DNA of 64,000 nucleotides from Bacillota bacterium (GTDB lineage Bacteria; Bacillota; Desulfotomaculia; Desulfotomaculales; UBA12532): the NCBI GenBank assembly GCA_040751815.1, contig JBFMHQ010000001.1, positions 4,073 to 68,072 on the forward strand, in the 5' to 3' direction. The position numbers and the translations under genes are program-made. Shown one piece after another: positions 1-10,282 of this stretch; within the stretch, counting starts at the first letter, position 1; every line of letters starts with the position of its first letter. Under the pieces are notes generated by a model, which was not told the DNA's origin, did not search any database, and worked only from the letters and a program-made list of their open reading frames with translations.

Positions 1-168
1 AGAGCGGCCGTACTTAGAAGCCGCAGCCCCGCATGCGGTTACGGCGAGATTTACGACGGCACTTTCTCCGGGCGCCTGCGTCCCGGCAACGGCGTTATGG
101 CCGCCCTGCTGCGGGCGGCCGGCTTCCGGGTGCTGACCGAGAAAGAGGCGGAGGCGCAGGAACTGTGA
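1..168 (+). CDS. DUF523 / 2-thiouracil desulfidase (TudS/YbbK)-family protein, 3' part (5' end outside window)
   Basis: Frame 1 reads RAAVLRSRSPACGYGEIYDGTFSGRLRPGNGVMAALLRAAGFRV..EL*, matching the DUF523 C-terminal pattern LKxxSPSCG..IYDGTF..G.GV.AALL. Stop overlaps the next start (GTGA). Confidence 0.75.
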   Translation, partial: RAAVLRSRSPACGYGEIYDGTFSGRLRPGNGVMAALLRAAGFRVLTEKEAEAQEL

Positions 169-1145
169 GGGCCATCGCCCTTTTGTCGGGCGGCCTTGAC
201 AGCATGCTGGCCGTCAAGCTGATGCAGGAACAGGGCATCGAAGTTGTCGGCGTGGCCTTCACCTCGCCCTTTTTCGGGGCGGATAAGGCGCGAAAGGCGG
301 CGGAACAGCTGGGGATACCGCTGCACGTCATCGACATTACCAAAGACCTCATTCCCATCCTGCTGCGGCCCAGGTACGGCTACGGGCGCCACATGAATCC
401 GTGCATCGACTGCCACGCCCTGATGCTGAGAAAGGCTGGGGAGATGTTGGAACCCCTAGGGGCCTCCTTTATCGTGACCGGCGAAGTCCTCGGGGAGCGC
501 CCCAAGTCTCAGACCGCGCAGGCGCTGCATATCGTGGCCCGCGACGCCGGTCTTGCCGGCTACGTCCTGCGCCCCCTTTCGGCCAGGCTGCTTCCGCCCA
601 CCGTACCCGAGGAAAAGGGATGGGTGGACCGCGACCGGCTGCTGGCCTTCCAGGGGCGTTCCCGCAAGCCCCAGATGGCTCTGGCCGCCCATTACGGGCT
701 GGATGACTACCCGTCTCCGGCTGGTGGCTGCCTTCTCACTGACCCGGAACTTTCCCGCCGCCTGAAGGAAATACTGGCCGACAACCCGGAGCCCCGGCGC
801 GAGGACCTGGAACTGGTAAAATACGGCCGGCATTTCCGGCTTCCGGACGGGACCCGCATCGTCGTGGCCCGGCAGCAGGCAGAAATAGAGCCGCTGCTTG
901 CGTGCGCCGTTCCCGGGGATTACCTGTTGCGCCTGAAAGGGATCCCGGGTCCACGCACCCTGGTACGGGGCAAGAGTATTGACCAGCGTGCCCTGCGCGT
1001 CGGCGCCGCCCTCACGGTGCGGTACAGCAAGGCGCGCGAGAGAGAAGAGGCCTCCGTCCTGGCGGAGGAGGTAGGGGGTAGAGGACGGCTGGAACTGGAG
1101 CTGACCCGGGCCGAGATCGGCGAATTGCTGGCCGCCGTCTTGTAG
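165..1145 (+). CDS. PP-loop tRNA sulfurtransferase, ThiI/MnmA-like
   Basis: SGGLDS PP-loop, PCIDCH and GGCLLT cysteines, GEVLGERPKSQ. GTG start at 165 is in frame with ORF 33..1145. Confidence 0.75.
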   Translation: MRAIALLSGGLDSMLAVKLMQEQGIEVVGVAFTSPFFGADKARKAAEQLGIPLHVIDITKDLIPILLRPRYGYGRHMNPCIDCHALMLRKAGEMLEPLGASFIVTGEVLGERPKSQTAQALHIVARDAGLAGYVLRPLSARLLPPTVPEEKGWVDRDRLLAFQGRSRKPQMALAAHYGLDDYPSPAGGCLLTDPELSRRLKEILADNPEPRREDLELVKYGRHFRLPDGTRIVVARQQAEIEPLLACAVPGDYLLRLKGIPGPRTLVRGKSIDQRALRVGAALTVRYSKAREREEASVLAEEVGGRGRLELELTRAEIGELLAAVL

Positions 1146-1227
1146 CGCCTTCCCGTACGTCTGTGCCGCGTGGGCGCATAGCAACCTGTCAGTGGGGCAT
1201 TGCTACTTGAAAAAGGGGGTTGACAGG

Positions 1228-1620
1228 ATGCAGCTCGAACCGGGCGAACGGGCGGTACTGGGGTACTTTGCTACGGATATCGACGCGGCGCAGGCCGCAG
1301 AGGCGCTCCGGGTCGCGGGCTTTACTACCGTGGAAACGGACCGTATTTCGCGCTTCGGCGTGTCCCTGGATCCCGAACAGAACTACGCGGTAGGAGGTCG
1401 TGGCGCCAGCCTCGCAGCCCTCACCATCTATGGCGAGGGTGGCGAGGACGTGGGACCGGATTCCCGCGTGTTGCTGGCCGCCGATCCCAGCGCCAGCGGT
1501 ATGGCGGCAAAAGACTATGGCGTGGCCGGCGGGCGCGCCTTTCTGGTGACCGTGGTTACCAGCGACGAGCGGGCCGGAGAAGCGGCCGCCATAATAAAAA
1601 ATTATGGAGGAGAAGTGTAA
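1228..1620 (+). CDS. conserved hypothetical protein
   Basis: ATG at 1228 after AAGGGGG RBS; ordinary composition; fills the gap between neighbours. Confidence 0.65.
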   Translation: MQLEPGERAVLGYFATDIDAAQAAEALRVAGFTTVETDRISRFGVSLDPEQNYAVGGRGASLAALTIYGEGGEDVGPDSRVLLAADPSASGMAAKDYGVAGGRAFLVTVVTSDERAGEAAAIIKNYGGEV

Positions 1621-1684
1621 CCATTTTCTTGTTTTTTCGGCAAACCCGGCCTAAAATACTCTTGTAACCGGTTGTTTTACAGGA

Positions 1685-2596
1685 GTGTTTTCTCTGAAAC
1701 ACGTTGTTAGCGTCAGCCTGGGGTCCAGTGCGCGAGACAAGAAGGTGCACATCAAACTCCTGGGAGAGGAGTTCGTCATCGAACGCCGCGGTACCGACGG
1801 CGACCTGGGGAGGGCCATCTCCCTGCTCAGGGAACTGGACGGCAAGGTGGACGCCGTGGGCCTGGGTGGGATAGATGTTTATCTGGTAGCTGGCGGGCGG
1901 CGTTACCCGGTGCGTGACGGCCTGAAAATGCTGCGGGCCTTGCGCGTGACGCCGGGTTGCGACGGCTCCGGCTTGAAAAACACCCTCGAACGGGAGGTAA
2001 TAAACCAGCTTTTTAACCAGGGGCTCCTGCGGTGGGGGCAAAAAATACTCCTGGTCAGTGCCGTTGACCGTTTTGGCATGGCCGAAGCGCTGGTGGCGAG
2101 CGGCGCCCAGGTCATTTTCGGCGATCTTATCTTTGCCCTGGGCCTTCCGATACCCTTGCGAAGCCTGAAGACGGTAGCTTTCCTGGCCCGCATCATCCTG
2201 CCTATCCTCGGAAGGCTGCCGTTCAAAATCCTATACCCCACCGGTACGAAGCAGGAGAAAGAGATACCCAAGTACAACCGCTACTACGACTGGGCGGAGG
2301 TTATCGCGGGAGATTTTCATTTCATCAAAAGGTATCTGCCTCCGCGCATCCCCGGGAAAATAATCCTCACAAATACAACGACGGAACACGACGTGGAACT
2401 CTTGCAGGCCCGCGGCGCGCGCCTGCTCATTACCACCACACCCGAGATTGAGGGGCGCTCTTTCGGGACCAACGTGCTGGAGGCGGCTTTCCTGGCCTTG
2501 CTCCGCAAGAAATGGGAGGAAGCCACAGTCGAAGATTACCTGCGCTTGATAAAGGCGCTTGATCTCAAACCCTCCGTCACGCGACTCAACGCGTAA
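1685..2596 (+). CDS. conserved protein of unclear function (family often labelled 'quinate 5-dehydrogenase')
   Basis: VVSVSLGSSxRD, ERRGTDGD, DGSGLKNTLER and GRSFGTNVLEA motifs. Confidence 0.6.
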   Translation: MFSLKHVVSVSLGSSARDKKVHIKLLGEEFVIERRGTDGDLGRAISLLRELDGKVDAVGLGGIDVYLVAGGRRYPVRDGLKMLRALRVTPGCDGSGLKNTLEREVINQLFNQGLLRWGQKILLVSAVDRFGMAEALVASGAQVIFGDLIFALGLPIPLRSLKTVAFLARIILPILGRLPFKILYPTGTKQEKEIPKYNRYYDWAEVIAGDFHFIKRYLPPRIPGKIILTNTTTEHDVELLQARGARLLITTTPEIEGRSFGTNVLEAAFLALLRKKWEEATVEDYLRLIKALDLKPSVTRLNA

Positions 2597-2617
2597 AGCC
2601 GCAGCCGGGCGGGCAAA

Positions 2618-3559
2618 TTAAAGCCCGAGAAGTTCGTAAACCTTATCGTCGACGGCGTTGTCAAAAGGCAGACCGTGCACGCGGCGGAACCTGATTACGG
2701 CCTCCTCGGTGGCCGGCCCGAAGATGCCGTCTGCCGGCCCCTGATAGAACCCCTGCTTGCGCAACGCACGCTGTACTTCGCTTACGGCGGCGTTGCAGTC
2801 CCCTTCACGGAGAACCGGCCGCGGTGTGGCCCCGAAAGGGTTCCCGGTAATGATCACAGGGGTTCCGTGGGCCACCCACTCGTAAAGCTCCTCCACATCG
2901 TGATTGAACATGCGGATGCAGCCGTGGCTGGCGTAGCTTCCGATGGAGCCGGGGTTATTTGTGCCGTGAATGCCGTAAATCCCCCACGGTACGTTAAGGC
3001 CCATCCAGCGGCTTCCGAAACCGCTCCCCCAGTCGGTGGCCTTCCACACAACCTTCCAGTGTCCGACGGGCGTGGGTGTCGACGGCTTTCCCAGGGCTAC
3101 CGGGTACTGGCGGTAGACCCTGCCCCGCGCGATCACGCTCAGGGTGAGGTTATGGGTATCGATGAGTAGCGTGATTGGTTTGGGTGGTGGCCCCGCCGCG
3201 GCCCCGGCGGGGCGAATGAGTTCCTCAATGGCCGTGGCCAGGGCGTAGCGGGTTGCCGGGCCTACGATCCCGTCCGGCCGGAGGCCGTAAGACTTCTGGA
3301 ACCGGTGCACCGCGCCGGCCGTGGCCTCGTCAAAGCGTCCGTGTACTGGGCCACGGTAAAAGCCCAACTTCTGCAGCTGCAGTTGCACCTCCCGTACGTC
3401 CGGACCGGCCAGTGATGACCTGGGGTAGAGGGAACGGGCAGTCTCGCAGTTCAAAGGGCACAGGAGGTATTGTCTGGCAAATGCGCATGTTGGGAAGGTG
3501 CAGATGATGGCGAAGAAGAAATAAAAAAGAACAGACGTGTACTTTATTTTGTGGCGCAT
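2618..3559 (-). CDS. L,D-transpeptidase (YkuD) with two peptidoglycan-binding domains
   Basis: Signal peptide; YGIHGTNNPGSIGSYASHGCIRM catalytic motif; PG_binding_1 repeats (DGIVGPAT, DGIFGPAT). Confidence 0.9.
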   Translation of the reverse strand: MRHKIKYTSVLFYFFFAIICTFPTCAFARQYLLCPLNCETARSLYPRSSLAGPDVREVQLQLQKLGFYRGPVHGRFDEATAGAVHRFQKSYGLRPDGIVGPATRYALATAIEELIRPAGAAAGPPPKPITLLIDTHNLTLSVIARGRVYRQYPVALGKPSTPTPVGHWKVVWKATDWGSGFGSRWMGLNVPWGIYGIHGTNNPGSIGSYASHGCIRMFNHDVEELYEWVAHGTPVIITGNPFGATPRPVLREGDCNAAVSEVQRALRKQGFYQGPADGIFGPATEEAVIRFRRVHGLPFDNAVDDKVYELLGL

Positions 3560-3627
3560 TAAGCATTCCCCTCGATATATTTATGGCTGCCGTGCCTTAT
3601 CTTTATGCAAAAGCGGGGTGTCGTGTT

Positions 3628-4149
3628 GTGCGCAGCCGTAGCTGGTCGGTAGCCTTCCTTACCCTGCTGGTCCTGGCGTTGAGCACAGCCCTTGGTGGTT
3701 GCTTGTCCCGGGAACCCGGACAGGTAGATGGGGCCAATAGCGTGGTTATCAAACTTTATTTTGTCGACCGCGACGGTTACCTGGTCGCCGAAAACCGGAC
3801 GGTAGAGAATACGCCCGAACTTCCGCGGGTCGCGCTGCAGTTGCTGATGGAGGGGCCGCGGCCGGAAAGCGGCTTACTCCGCACAATTCCCGCGACGGCG
3901 CGCCTGCGGAACCTGGTTATCAAAAACGGTCTTGCTACGGCCGATTTTAGCAGGGAAATACAAACCGAGCATGGAGGCGGCGCCCTCGACGAGTCCATAA
4001 CCGTTTATTCCATTGTAAACACCCTCGCCCAGTTTCCCTCGGTGAAACAGGTGCAAATTCTAGTTGAAGGGGAGCAAATCCAGAGCCTCGCCGGGCACCT
4101 TGACCTGACCGAACCGGTCGTGCCGAATTTTAACCTCGTGCGCCGGTAA
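3628..4149 (+). CDS. GerMN-domain lipoprotein
   Basis: Lipobox LGGC; LYFVD..LVAExR, LMEGP and SIVNTLAQFPSVKQVQILVEG motifs. Start uncertain (3583 or 3628). Confidence 0.8.
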   Translation: MRSRSWSVAFLTLLVLALSTALGGCLSREPGQVDGANSVVIKLYFVDRDGYLVAENRTVENTPELPRVALQLLMEGPRPESGLLRTIPATARLRNLVIKNGLATADFSREIQTEHGGGALDESITVYSIVNTLAQFPSVKQVQILVEGEQIQSLAGHLDLTEPVVPNFNLVRR

Positions 4150-4201
4150 GCCGCTCCCCATTAATTTCTTTCTCCAAGACACAAATTTTTTTCTCCCATT
4201 A

Positions 4202-4228
4202 GAAGGAACAGCGCGAAAAATGTAGAAT
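4202..4228 (+). promoter_or_regulatory. putative sigma-H promoter
   Basis: AGGA(4204)-N17-GAAT(4225) upstream of the amidase gene. Confidence 0.5.
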
Positions 4229-4264
4229 TTAGACGCCAGGTTTTTGCTCCGGAGGGGAGTTCTG

Positions 4265-5749
4265 GTGGTCCTGGTGCGCAAAAGCATTTTTGTATTCGCT
4301 TTACTAGCGGTCGGCTTAATAGTCGTTCTTACCACAGGGAGAACGGCCGGTGCGGCGGCCAAAATTGCCGTGGTGCAGGGGGACGTGGTGAACCTCAGAA
4401 GCGGGCCGGGGACGAACTACCAAATTACGGCGAAGGTAACGCGCGGGACAAGGCTGGAGGTGCTGGGGCAGAGCGGCGGCTGGTACAAGATTGCGTACGC
4501 CGGCGGCAAGACTTCCTGGGTGGCGGGCTGGCTGGTGAAGCTGGAGGGCCAGACGCCGGCTACACCTCCGGCGCCGGCGCAGCCTGCACCACCGGCGGTT
4601 GGGGGCAAGCAGGTTGCCGTGGTGCAGGGGGACGTGGTGAACCTCAGAAGCGGGCCGGGGACGAACTACCAGATTACGGCGAAGGTAACGCGCGGGACAA
4701 GGCTGGAGGTGCTGGGGCAGAGCGGCGGCTGGTACAAGATTGCGTACGCCGGCGGCAAGACTTCCTGGGTGGCGGGCTGGCTGGTGGCGGTGGAGACTGT
4801 TCCTTCGCCGCCGGTGCACCCGCCACAGCGGGGCGAGGGACGGCCCGTCTTTGAGCTTGCCACCCGGGTTGGCGCTGATAAGGTCATCCTGGAGATACGG
4901 GCCGTGGCGCCCTTTACCTACGAGATCTTTACGCTCGGCAGCCCCGACCGCCTGGTGGTTGACCTTACCGGCCTCCCCGACGGCGACCTGCCGCCACCAG
5001 TCGACCCGGCCTCCGGACTCGTTAAGAAGGTACGCGCTGGCTGGTCCCAGCGGGATCCCTTGGTGGCCCGTGTAACGTGTGAACTGAGCGTGAGCGTTGA
5101 CCGGGTACGCCATAATGAGACCAGGAGAAGCGACGGCAAGGTGCTTGAGCTGGAGATCGTCGCGCCCGGCGAAGCAGCAGAAACCAGGAAAGTGTTCCTG
5201 GATCCCGGGCACGGTGGTTCCGACCCGGGAGCCATCGGCCCGGCCGGAATCAAGGAGAAGGAAGTCAACCTCGCGGTGGCCCTGGAGTGCGCACGCTTGC
5301 TCCGCGAACAGGGATTTGAAGTGGTCCTCAGCCGGGACGCCGATTACTACCTCGACCTCTACGAACGTACGGAAATGGCCAACCGGGAGGGGGCCACCAT
5401 CTTCGTGAGTATCCACGCGAATGCCAACCCGGACCCTTCAAAGCAGGGCACCAGCACATACTATTACGCACCTGCCGACGACCCCTTGCTCGCGCCCCAG
5501 GCGGGTCAACGGGCACGGCTGGCCCGGTGCCTTCAGGACGCCCTCGTGGCCTCCGTCGGCCGGCCGGATCTGGGGTTGTACCAGGCGCGCTTCGCGGTGC
5601 TGCGCACCGCCGCCATGCCTTCCGCACTGGTAGAAATAGCTTTTCTTTCCAATCCCGAGGAAGAGCGCCTTCTGGGCGAGGAATGGTTCCAGAGGCAGGC
5701 GGCACGGGGGATTGTGCAGGGTATAATTAATTACTTTGGGGAGGAGTGA
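4265..5749 (+). CDS. N-acetylmuramoyl-L-alanine amidase (2x SH3b, AMIN-like, Amidase_3)
   Basis: VNLRSGPG..Y SH3b repeats; FLDPGHGGSDPGA, SIHAN and LVEIAFLSN motifs; GGAGGGG RBS before GTG 4265. Confidence 0.9.
   Translation: MVLVRKSIFVFALLAVGLIVVLTTGRTAGAAAKIAVVQGDVVNLRSGPGTNYQITAKVTRGTRLEVLGQSGGWYKIAYAGGKTSWVAGWLVKLEGQTPATPPAPAQPAPPAVGGKQVAVVQGDVVNLRSGPGTNYQITAKVTRGTRLEVLGQSGGWYKIAYAGGKTSWVAGWLVAVETVPSPPVHPPQRGEGRPVFELATRVGADKVILEIRAVAPFTYEIFTLGSPDRLVVDLTGLPDGDLPPPVDPASGLVKKVRAGWSQRDPLVARVTCELSVSVDRVRHNETRRSDGKVLELEIVAPGEAAETRKVFLDPGHGGSDPGAIGPAGIKEKEVNLAVALECARLLREQGFEVVLSRDADYYLDLYERTEMANREGATIFVSIHANANPDPSKQGTSTYYYAPADDPLLAPQAGQRARLARCLQDALVASVGRPDLGLYQARFAVLRTAAMPSALVEIAFLSNPEEERLLGEEWFQRQAARGIVQGIINYFGEE
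4365..4786 (+). repeat. 173-bp near-perfect direct repeat encoding the two SH3b domains (4365-4537 and 4614-4786)
   Basis: Manual alignment shows a single synonymous difference (CAA/CAG); offset 249 nt. Confidence 0.9.
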
Positions 5750-5752
5750 TCA

Positions 5753-5780
5753 GCAGGATATGCCCGAGTTGACGGCGAAT
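5753..5780 (+). promoter_or_regulatory. putative sigma-H promoter
   Basis: GCAGGATAT...GGCGAAT, i.e. AGGA(5755)-N18-GAAT(5777), upstream of the kinase gene. Confidence 0.5.
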
Positions 5781-5829
5781 TTTACCTAGCATAAACTGGA
5801 AAGCACATTCTGGGAGGAGGGATCCCGTT

Positions 5830-7591
5830 TTGTCGGGTGTCACCCTCATTTACCCGGGCGATGGCGGGCCTTTCTGGCTGGAGGTTATGAAAGCACCTGG
5901 CGACGCCATTGCCGTCAACACGACGGAGCAGCTACTGGAACACGTGAAAACTCGGGACGTTGGGGTGGTGGTGCTCCCCTGGTATGAAGCTGCAGCGAAT
6001 AACTGGGCCCTGTGCAAGAAAATCAGGGAAATGGCAGCGGATGCCTATATCGTTGTGGTAACCGCTGCTTTATTGTGCCTGACGGAAGTACCCGAAGAGG
6101 TGGACGAATTCATAAATCCTGCGGACATAGAAGATGCCCTGGCCAGGATTAGAGTCCTGCGCGAGTTGGGGGCGGCCAACACCACCGTTAAGAGGAATGG
6201 GTGCCTCGGTCTCGAGCCTACCTTAAAGAAACTTGTCGATGGCCGCGGCTTTCTTCCTCCCTCAAAAATCAGGTGCCAGCACATAATTGATGGTGAACTC
6301 GTACAGCAGCTCAACAGGGCACTGGTGACCGTTACCGGATGCACCGTGGCCTTTGTTCCTGCTGCGGCAAAACCCCCGTGCGAAGGCGAAGCGGCGGACG
6401 GGTACGTTGAGACTGCTGAAGATTTGCCGTGTACGGCCTTGTTGGCCCGCCGCCCGCAGGGAATAGGCTTTGACCCGTGTCGTGAGGCGCGCTGGCAGAG
6501 TATGGAATGTGCCCTGAGAGAAAAACGGCCGGTAATCTTTAACTGCCCTGGAGGTCTCCTCCTGCACGCCTACCCGGTGTATCTCGAATTCAGGGAGGTA
6601 AGATACCCCCTGGGGGCACTTACAGCGGGGGTCGGTGAGGTTTTCCTCCTGCGGGGGTTGGAAGGGGCCAGGAGCGGTTCCGGCCGGGGATGGGTAAGGT
6701 TGGCCGAACAGGCCGCCTTGGCCCGGAGATATGCCGGGAGCATGGCAAAAACCGGCGCGGCCTCCGACCTCGTTAAGGCCTGTGCGGACTATATCGGCCG
6801 GGATGCTTCGTATCGTTACAACGTAGCTTACGAGTTATATCTGCAGATGGGCACGTGCCGGGAGTCAGGGTATGTCTACCTGGCGGGGCGTCCCCTGGAT
6901 GTCGGGATCCAGCAGGTCGAGAAACTGGCTACCATAGGGAAACTGGCGGCGGGAATTATCCATGAAATAAAGAACCCGCTCACCAGTATCCGTGGGTTTA
7001 TTCAGCTGTTGGCAGAAAGGAAATCGGTGGAGCCCCAGGACCGGCAATACCTGGACGTGATCCTGGGGGAAATCGACCGCGTCAGCGATATTCTTAAGAA
7101 TTTCCTGTATTTTGCCAGGCCGCAAGAGCCCAGGAGCGAAGAAATCGATCTTAACAAGGTACTGAAGGACGTGCTGGTGCTTGTGGAAAACGACGCGTAC
7201 CTGCGTAAAATAGCGGTAACGTCCGAGTGCGCGGCAGATCTGCCCCCCATAGTTGCCGATCCCGAACAGATGAAACAGCTGATCCTTAACCTCGTACAAA
7301 ACGCGTTTCAAGCTATGCCCGAAGGGGGGTGCCCTCTGGTTGCGCACCTGTTTTCTGCAACAGGAAAATGCGGTTGTTCTGGAAGTGGCGGATACGGGGC
7401 ACGGCATACCGGCGGAGTACATACCCCGGCTGGGCCACCTTTTTTTTACCACCAAACGAGATGGCACTGGCCTGGGCCTGGCCATCTGCCAGCAGATTGT
7501 GCAGCAACACGGCGGGGAGATGGAGGTATGGAGCAAGGAAGGGGGAGGTACCTGCTTTACCGTTAAGCTCCCCGCCTGCGGTAAAAAGTAA
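5830..7591 (+). pseudogene. sensor histidine kinase (pseudo-receiver, PocR-like, HisKA, HATPase_c), frameshifted
   Basis: LAAGIIHEIKNPLT H-box and N-box are in ORF 5830..7566; G1 (DTGHGI), F and G2 (GTGLGL) boxes are in the +1 frame, ORF 7340..7591. Junction at the G6 run 7324-7329. Confidence 0.8.
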
Positions 7592-7666
7592 GGTATTAAG
7601 TCGCGCGGTGCGCCTTAAAATTGTTGAAAGGAACGCCGCCAGGCAGGACGCAGGGAGGGTTCGTTT

Positions 7667-8476
7667 TTGACGAAGGCGCGCGCCATCGGCCTCTTCGACT
7701 CGGGTTTGGGTGGGCTGACCGTGGCCGAAGAGGTGTTCCGCCAGATGCCGGGCGAAGAGGTTATTTACTTCGGTGACACGGCCCACGTTCCGTATGGGAG
7801 CAAGACAGAGAAAGAGCTGATAGGTTTCGCCCACGCGATTATCGGTTTTCTCGTCCAGCAGGGAGCCAAATACGTGATCTTCGCCTGCAACACCAGTTCC
7901 TCCGTCTCCCTCGGTGTCATGCGGCGCCGTTACCGGGTACCCATGATCGGCCTTGTTGAGCCGGGTGTCGCGGCTGCCGTTAAGGCCACGCGGAACGGGC
8001 GTATCGGGATTATCGCTACCGAGGCCACGGTGCGCAGCGGCGCCTACCAGCGGGCCTTTCAGGCCCACCGCCCGGGGCTACGGGTTTTCTGCCAGGCAGC
8101 ACCGCTCCTGGTTCCCCTGGCTGAGGCCGGTAAGGTGGCGGCCCCCGAAGCAGAGAGGGCCCTTAAGACCTACCTGGCACCACTGAGGGCGGCCGGCATC
8201 GACACCCTCGTCCTGGGTTGCACCCACTACCCGTTTTTTGCACCCCTCATCACGAACATTCTCGGTCCGGAGGTTGTACTGGTCGACCCGGCGGTGGCAA
8301 CGGTGGCTGCCGCGCGGGAAGACATGGAACGCCGGGGCATGTTGCAGGAGGCGTCGGCCAATCCCCGGCACCGGTTCTTTGTCAGCGGCGACGCGGAGCG
8401 TTTTGCCGTCCTGGCCAGGAACTTTGTCTCCCGCGAGCTTGCCGATGTGCGCCAGGTCTGTCTCCTGGGGGGGTAA
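7667..8476 (+). CDS. murI: glutamate racemase
   Basis: FDSGLGGLTV, ACNTSS and LGCTHYP motifs. Confidence 0.95.
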   Translation: MTKARAIGLFDSGLGGLTVAEEVFRQMPGEEVIYFGDTAHVPYGSKTEKELIGFAHAIIGFLVQQGAKYVIFACNTSSSVSLGVMRRRYRVPMIGLVEPGVAAAVKATRNGRIGIIATEATVRSGAYQRAFQAHRPGLRVFCQAAPLLVPLAEAGKVAAPEAERALKTYLAPLRAAGIDTLVLGCTHYPFFAPLITNILGPEVVLVDPAVATVAAAREDMERRGMLQEASANPRHRFFVSGDAERFAVLARNFVSRELADVRQVCLLGG

Positions 8477-8480
8477 ACGC

Positions 8481-9458
8481 GTGCCGGCGGTGGGCATAAC
8501 CACGACGGTTCCGGTGGAGGTGATCTACGCCGCCGGGTGGACACCGGTGGATTTGAACAACCTTTTCATTACCGCTCCGGATCCATGCAGGCTGGTCGAG
8601 GAGGCGGAAAGGGCGGGGTATCCCCGCAACATATGCGCGTGGATCAAGGGCATTTACGGCGTGACTATGGCCCACCCGGAAATCGAACACGTGGTCGCCG
8701 TGACCCAGGGAGACTGCAGCAATACCCACGCGCTTATGGAAACGCTGGAGTTGGCGGGCCGGAAGATCATTCCCTTCGCTTACCCCTTTGACGGTGACCC
8801 CGACCTGCTGCGCATGCAGATCGAAAAACTTATGGCCGCCTTTGGGGTTTCCTGGCCGGAAGTGCTGGAGACAAAGAGGCGCCTTGACCGCGTCCGGCAA
8901 CTGGTCTGGCGCGTTGACGAGTTGACCTGGCGGGAAAACAGAGTGGGAGGGTGGGACAACCACTACTACCAGGTGTGCTGCAGCGATTTCAACGGCGATC
9001 CGGAAACCTTTGCGGCCGAAGTTGCCGCGTTTCTGGCAAGGGCCGAGGCCGCCGGGCGGCGCGAAGGCGAGGTCCGGCTGGGATATATCGGGGTACCCCC
9101 CATTATGGGCGACCTGTATGCATATCTTGAAGAACGCGGCGCGCGCGTGGTGTATAATGAAACGCAGCGCCAGTTCAGCATGCCTTTTGCCACCGGAGAC
9201 CTGGTGGAGCAGTACCGCTTTTACACTTACCCGTACGGCATCTTTTACCGCCTCCAGGACATCGAACGAGAACTCGAGAGGCGGGAGGTCAGGGGCGTTA
9301 TCCACTACGCACAGAGTTTCTGCTACCGGCAGATCGAGGATATCATCATACGACGGCGGCTCCGGGTTCCCGTGTTGACCATTGAGGGCGACCGGCCCGG
9401 CTGGCTCGACGAGCGCACGCGCATCCGGCTTGACGCCTTCGTAGAATTGCTGCGATAA
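8481..9458 (+). CDS. 2-hydroxyacyl-CoA dehydratase D-component family protein
   Basis: [31 protein letters not shown] and RLDAFVE motifs; GTG at 8481. Confidence 0.75.
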   Translation: MPAVGITTTVPVEVIYAAGWTPVDLNNLFITAPDPCRLVEEAERAGYPRNICAWIKGIYGVTMAHPEIEHVVAVTQGDCSNTHALMETLELAGRKIIPFAYPFDGDPDLLRMQIEKLMAAFGVSWPEVLETKRRLDRVRQLVWRVDELTWRENRVGGWDNHYYQVCCSDFNGDPETFAAEVAAFLARAEAAGRREGEVRLGYIGVPPIMGDLYAYLEERGARVVYNETQRQFSMPFATGDLVEQYRFYTYPYGIFYRLQDIERELERREVRGVIHYAQSFCYRQIEDIIIRRRLRVPVLTIEGDRPGWLDERTRIRLDAFVELLR

Positions 9459-9526
9459 TTGGGGGAAAAATTGGGGATATAAAGCCGGGTACACAAGCCT
9501 TCGAAAGACAAGGGAGGGTTTTATAC

Positions 9527-10282
9527 GTGCCACGCATCGACGGAAGGGCGCCGGGCGAGCTGCGGCCCGTGCGGATAACGCGACATTTCAACAAGTATGC
9601 CGAGGGATCGGTACTGATCGAGACCGGCGATACCCGCGTTATTTGCACCGCCACGGTGGAAGACAAGGTGCCGCCCTTTCTCAGGGGTGAGGGAAAGGGA
9701 TGGGTAACTGCCGAGTACGGTATGTTGCCCCGGGCCACCGACGTGCGTACCCTGCGTGACATTGTCAAGGGAAGGGCCGTGGGACGCACGTACGAAATCC
9801 AGCGCCTGATCGGGCGTTCGCTCCGCGCGGTAGTGGACCTGGAAGCCCTTGGCGAGCGCACCATTATTATGGACTGCGATGTCATCCAGGCCGACGGGGG
9901 TACCAGAACGGCCTCCATAACCGGTGCCTTCGTTGCCCTCGCCGATGCCCTGGCCGGCCTGAAGAACGAAGGCCTGATTACCGTTTTTCCTCTCCGTGAC
10001 TACGTGGCTGCCGTAAGCGTGGGCGTGGTGGCCGGGGAGCCGGTACTGGACCTGTGTTTTGCCGAAGACGCCACGGCGGAAGTGGACATGAACATTGTGA
10101 TGACCGGGAGCGGGCGGTTTGTGGAAGTGCAGGGCACAGGCGAACGGGGCACCTTCGGGCGCGAAGATGCTCTGCGCCTGCTGGACCTGGCGGCCCATGG
10201 CATTGCCAGGCTTATTGCTTACCAGCGGGAGGTCCTGGGGCCGACGGCCGGACTGATCGGGGGGAGTAGCGGCGGTGCGTAA
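9527..10282 (+). CDS. rph: ribonuclease PH
   Basis: [21 protein letters not shown] and [13 protein letters not shown] motifs. Confidence 0.97.
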   Translation: MPRIDGRAPGELRPVRITRHFNKYAEGSVLIETGDTRVICTATVEDKVPPFLRGEGKGWVTAEYGMLPRATDVRTLRDIVKGRAVGRTYEIQRLIGRSLRAVVDLEALGERTIIMDCDVIQADGGTRTASITGAFVALADALAGLKNEGLITVFPLRDYVAAVSVGVVAGEPVLDLCFAEDATAEVDMNIVMTGSGRFVEVQGTGERGTFGREDALRLLDLAAHGIARLIAYQREVLGPTAGLIGGSSGGA

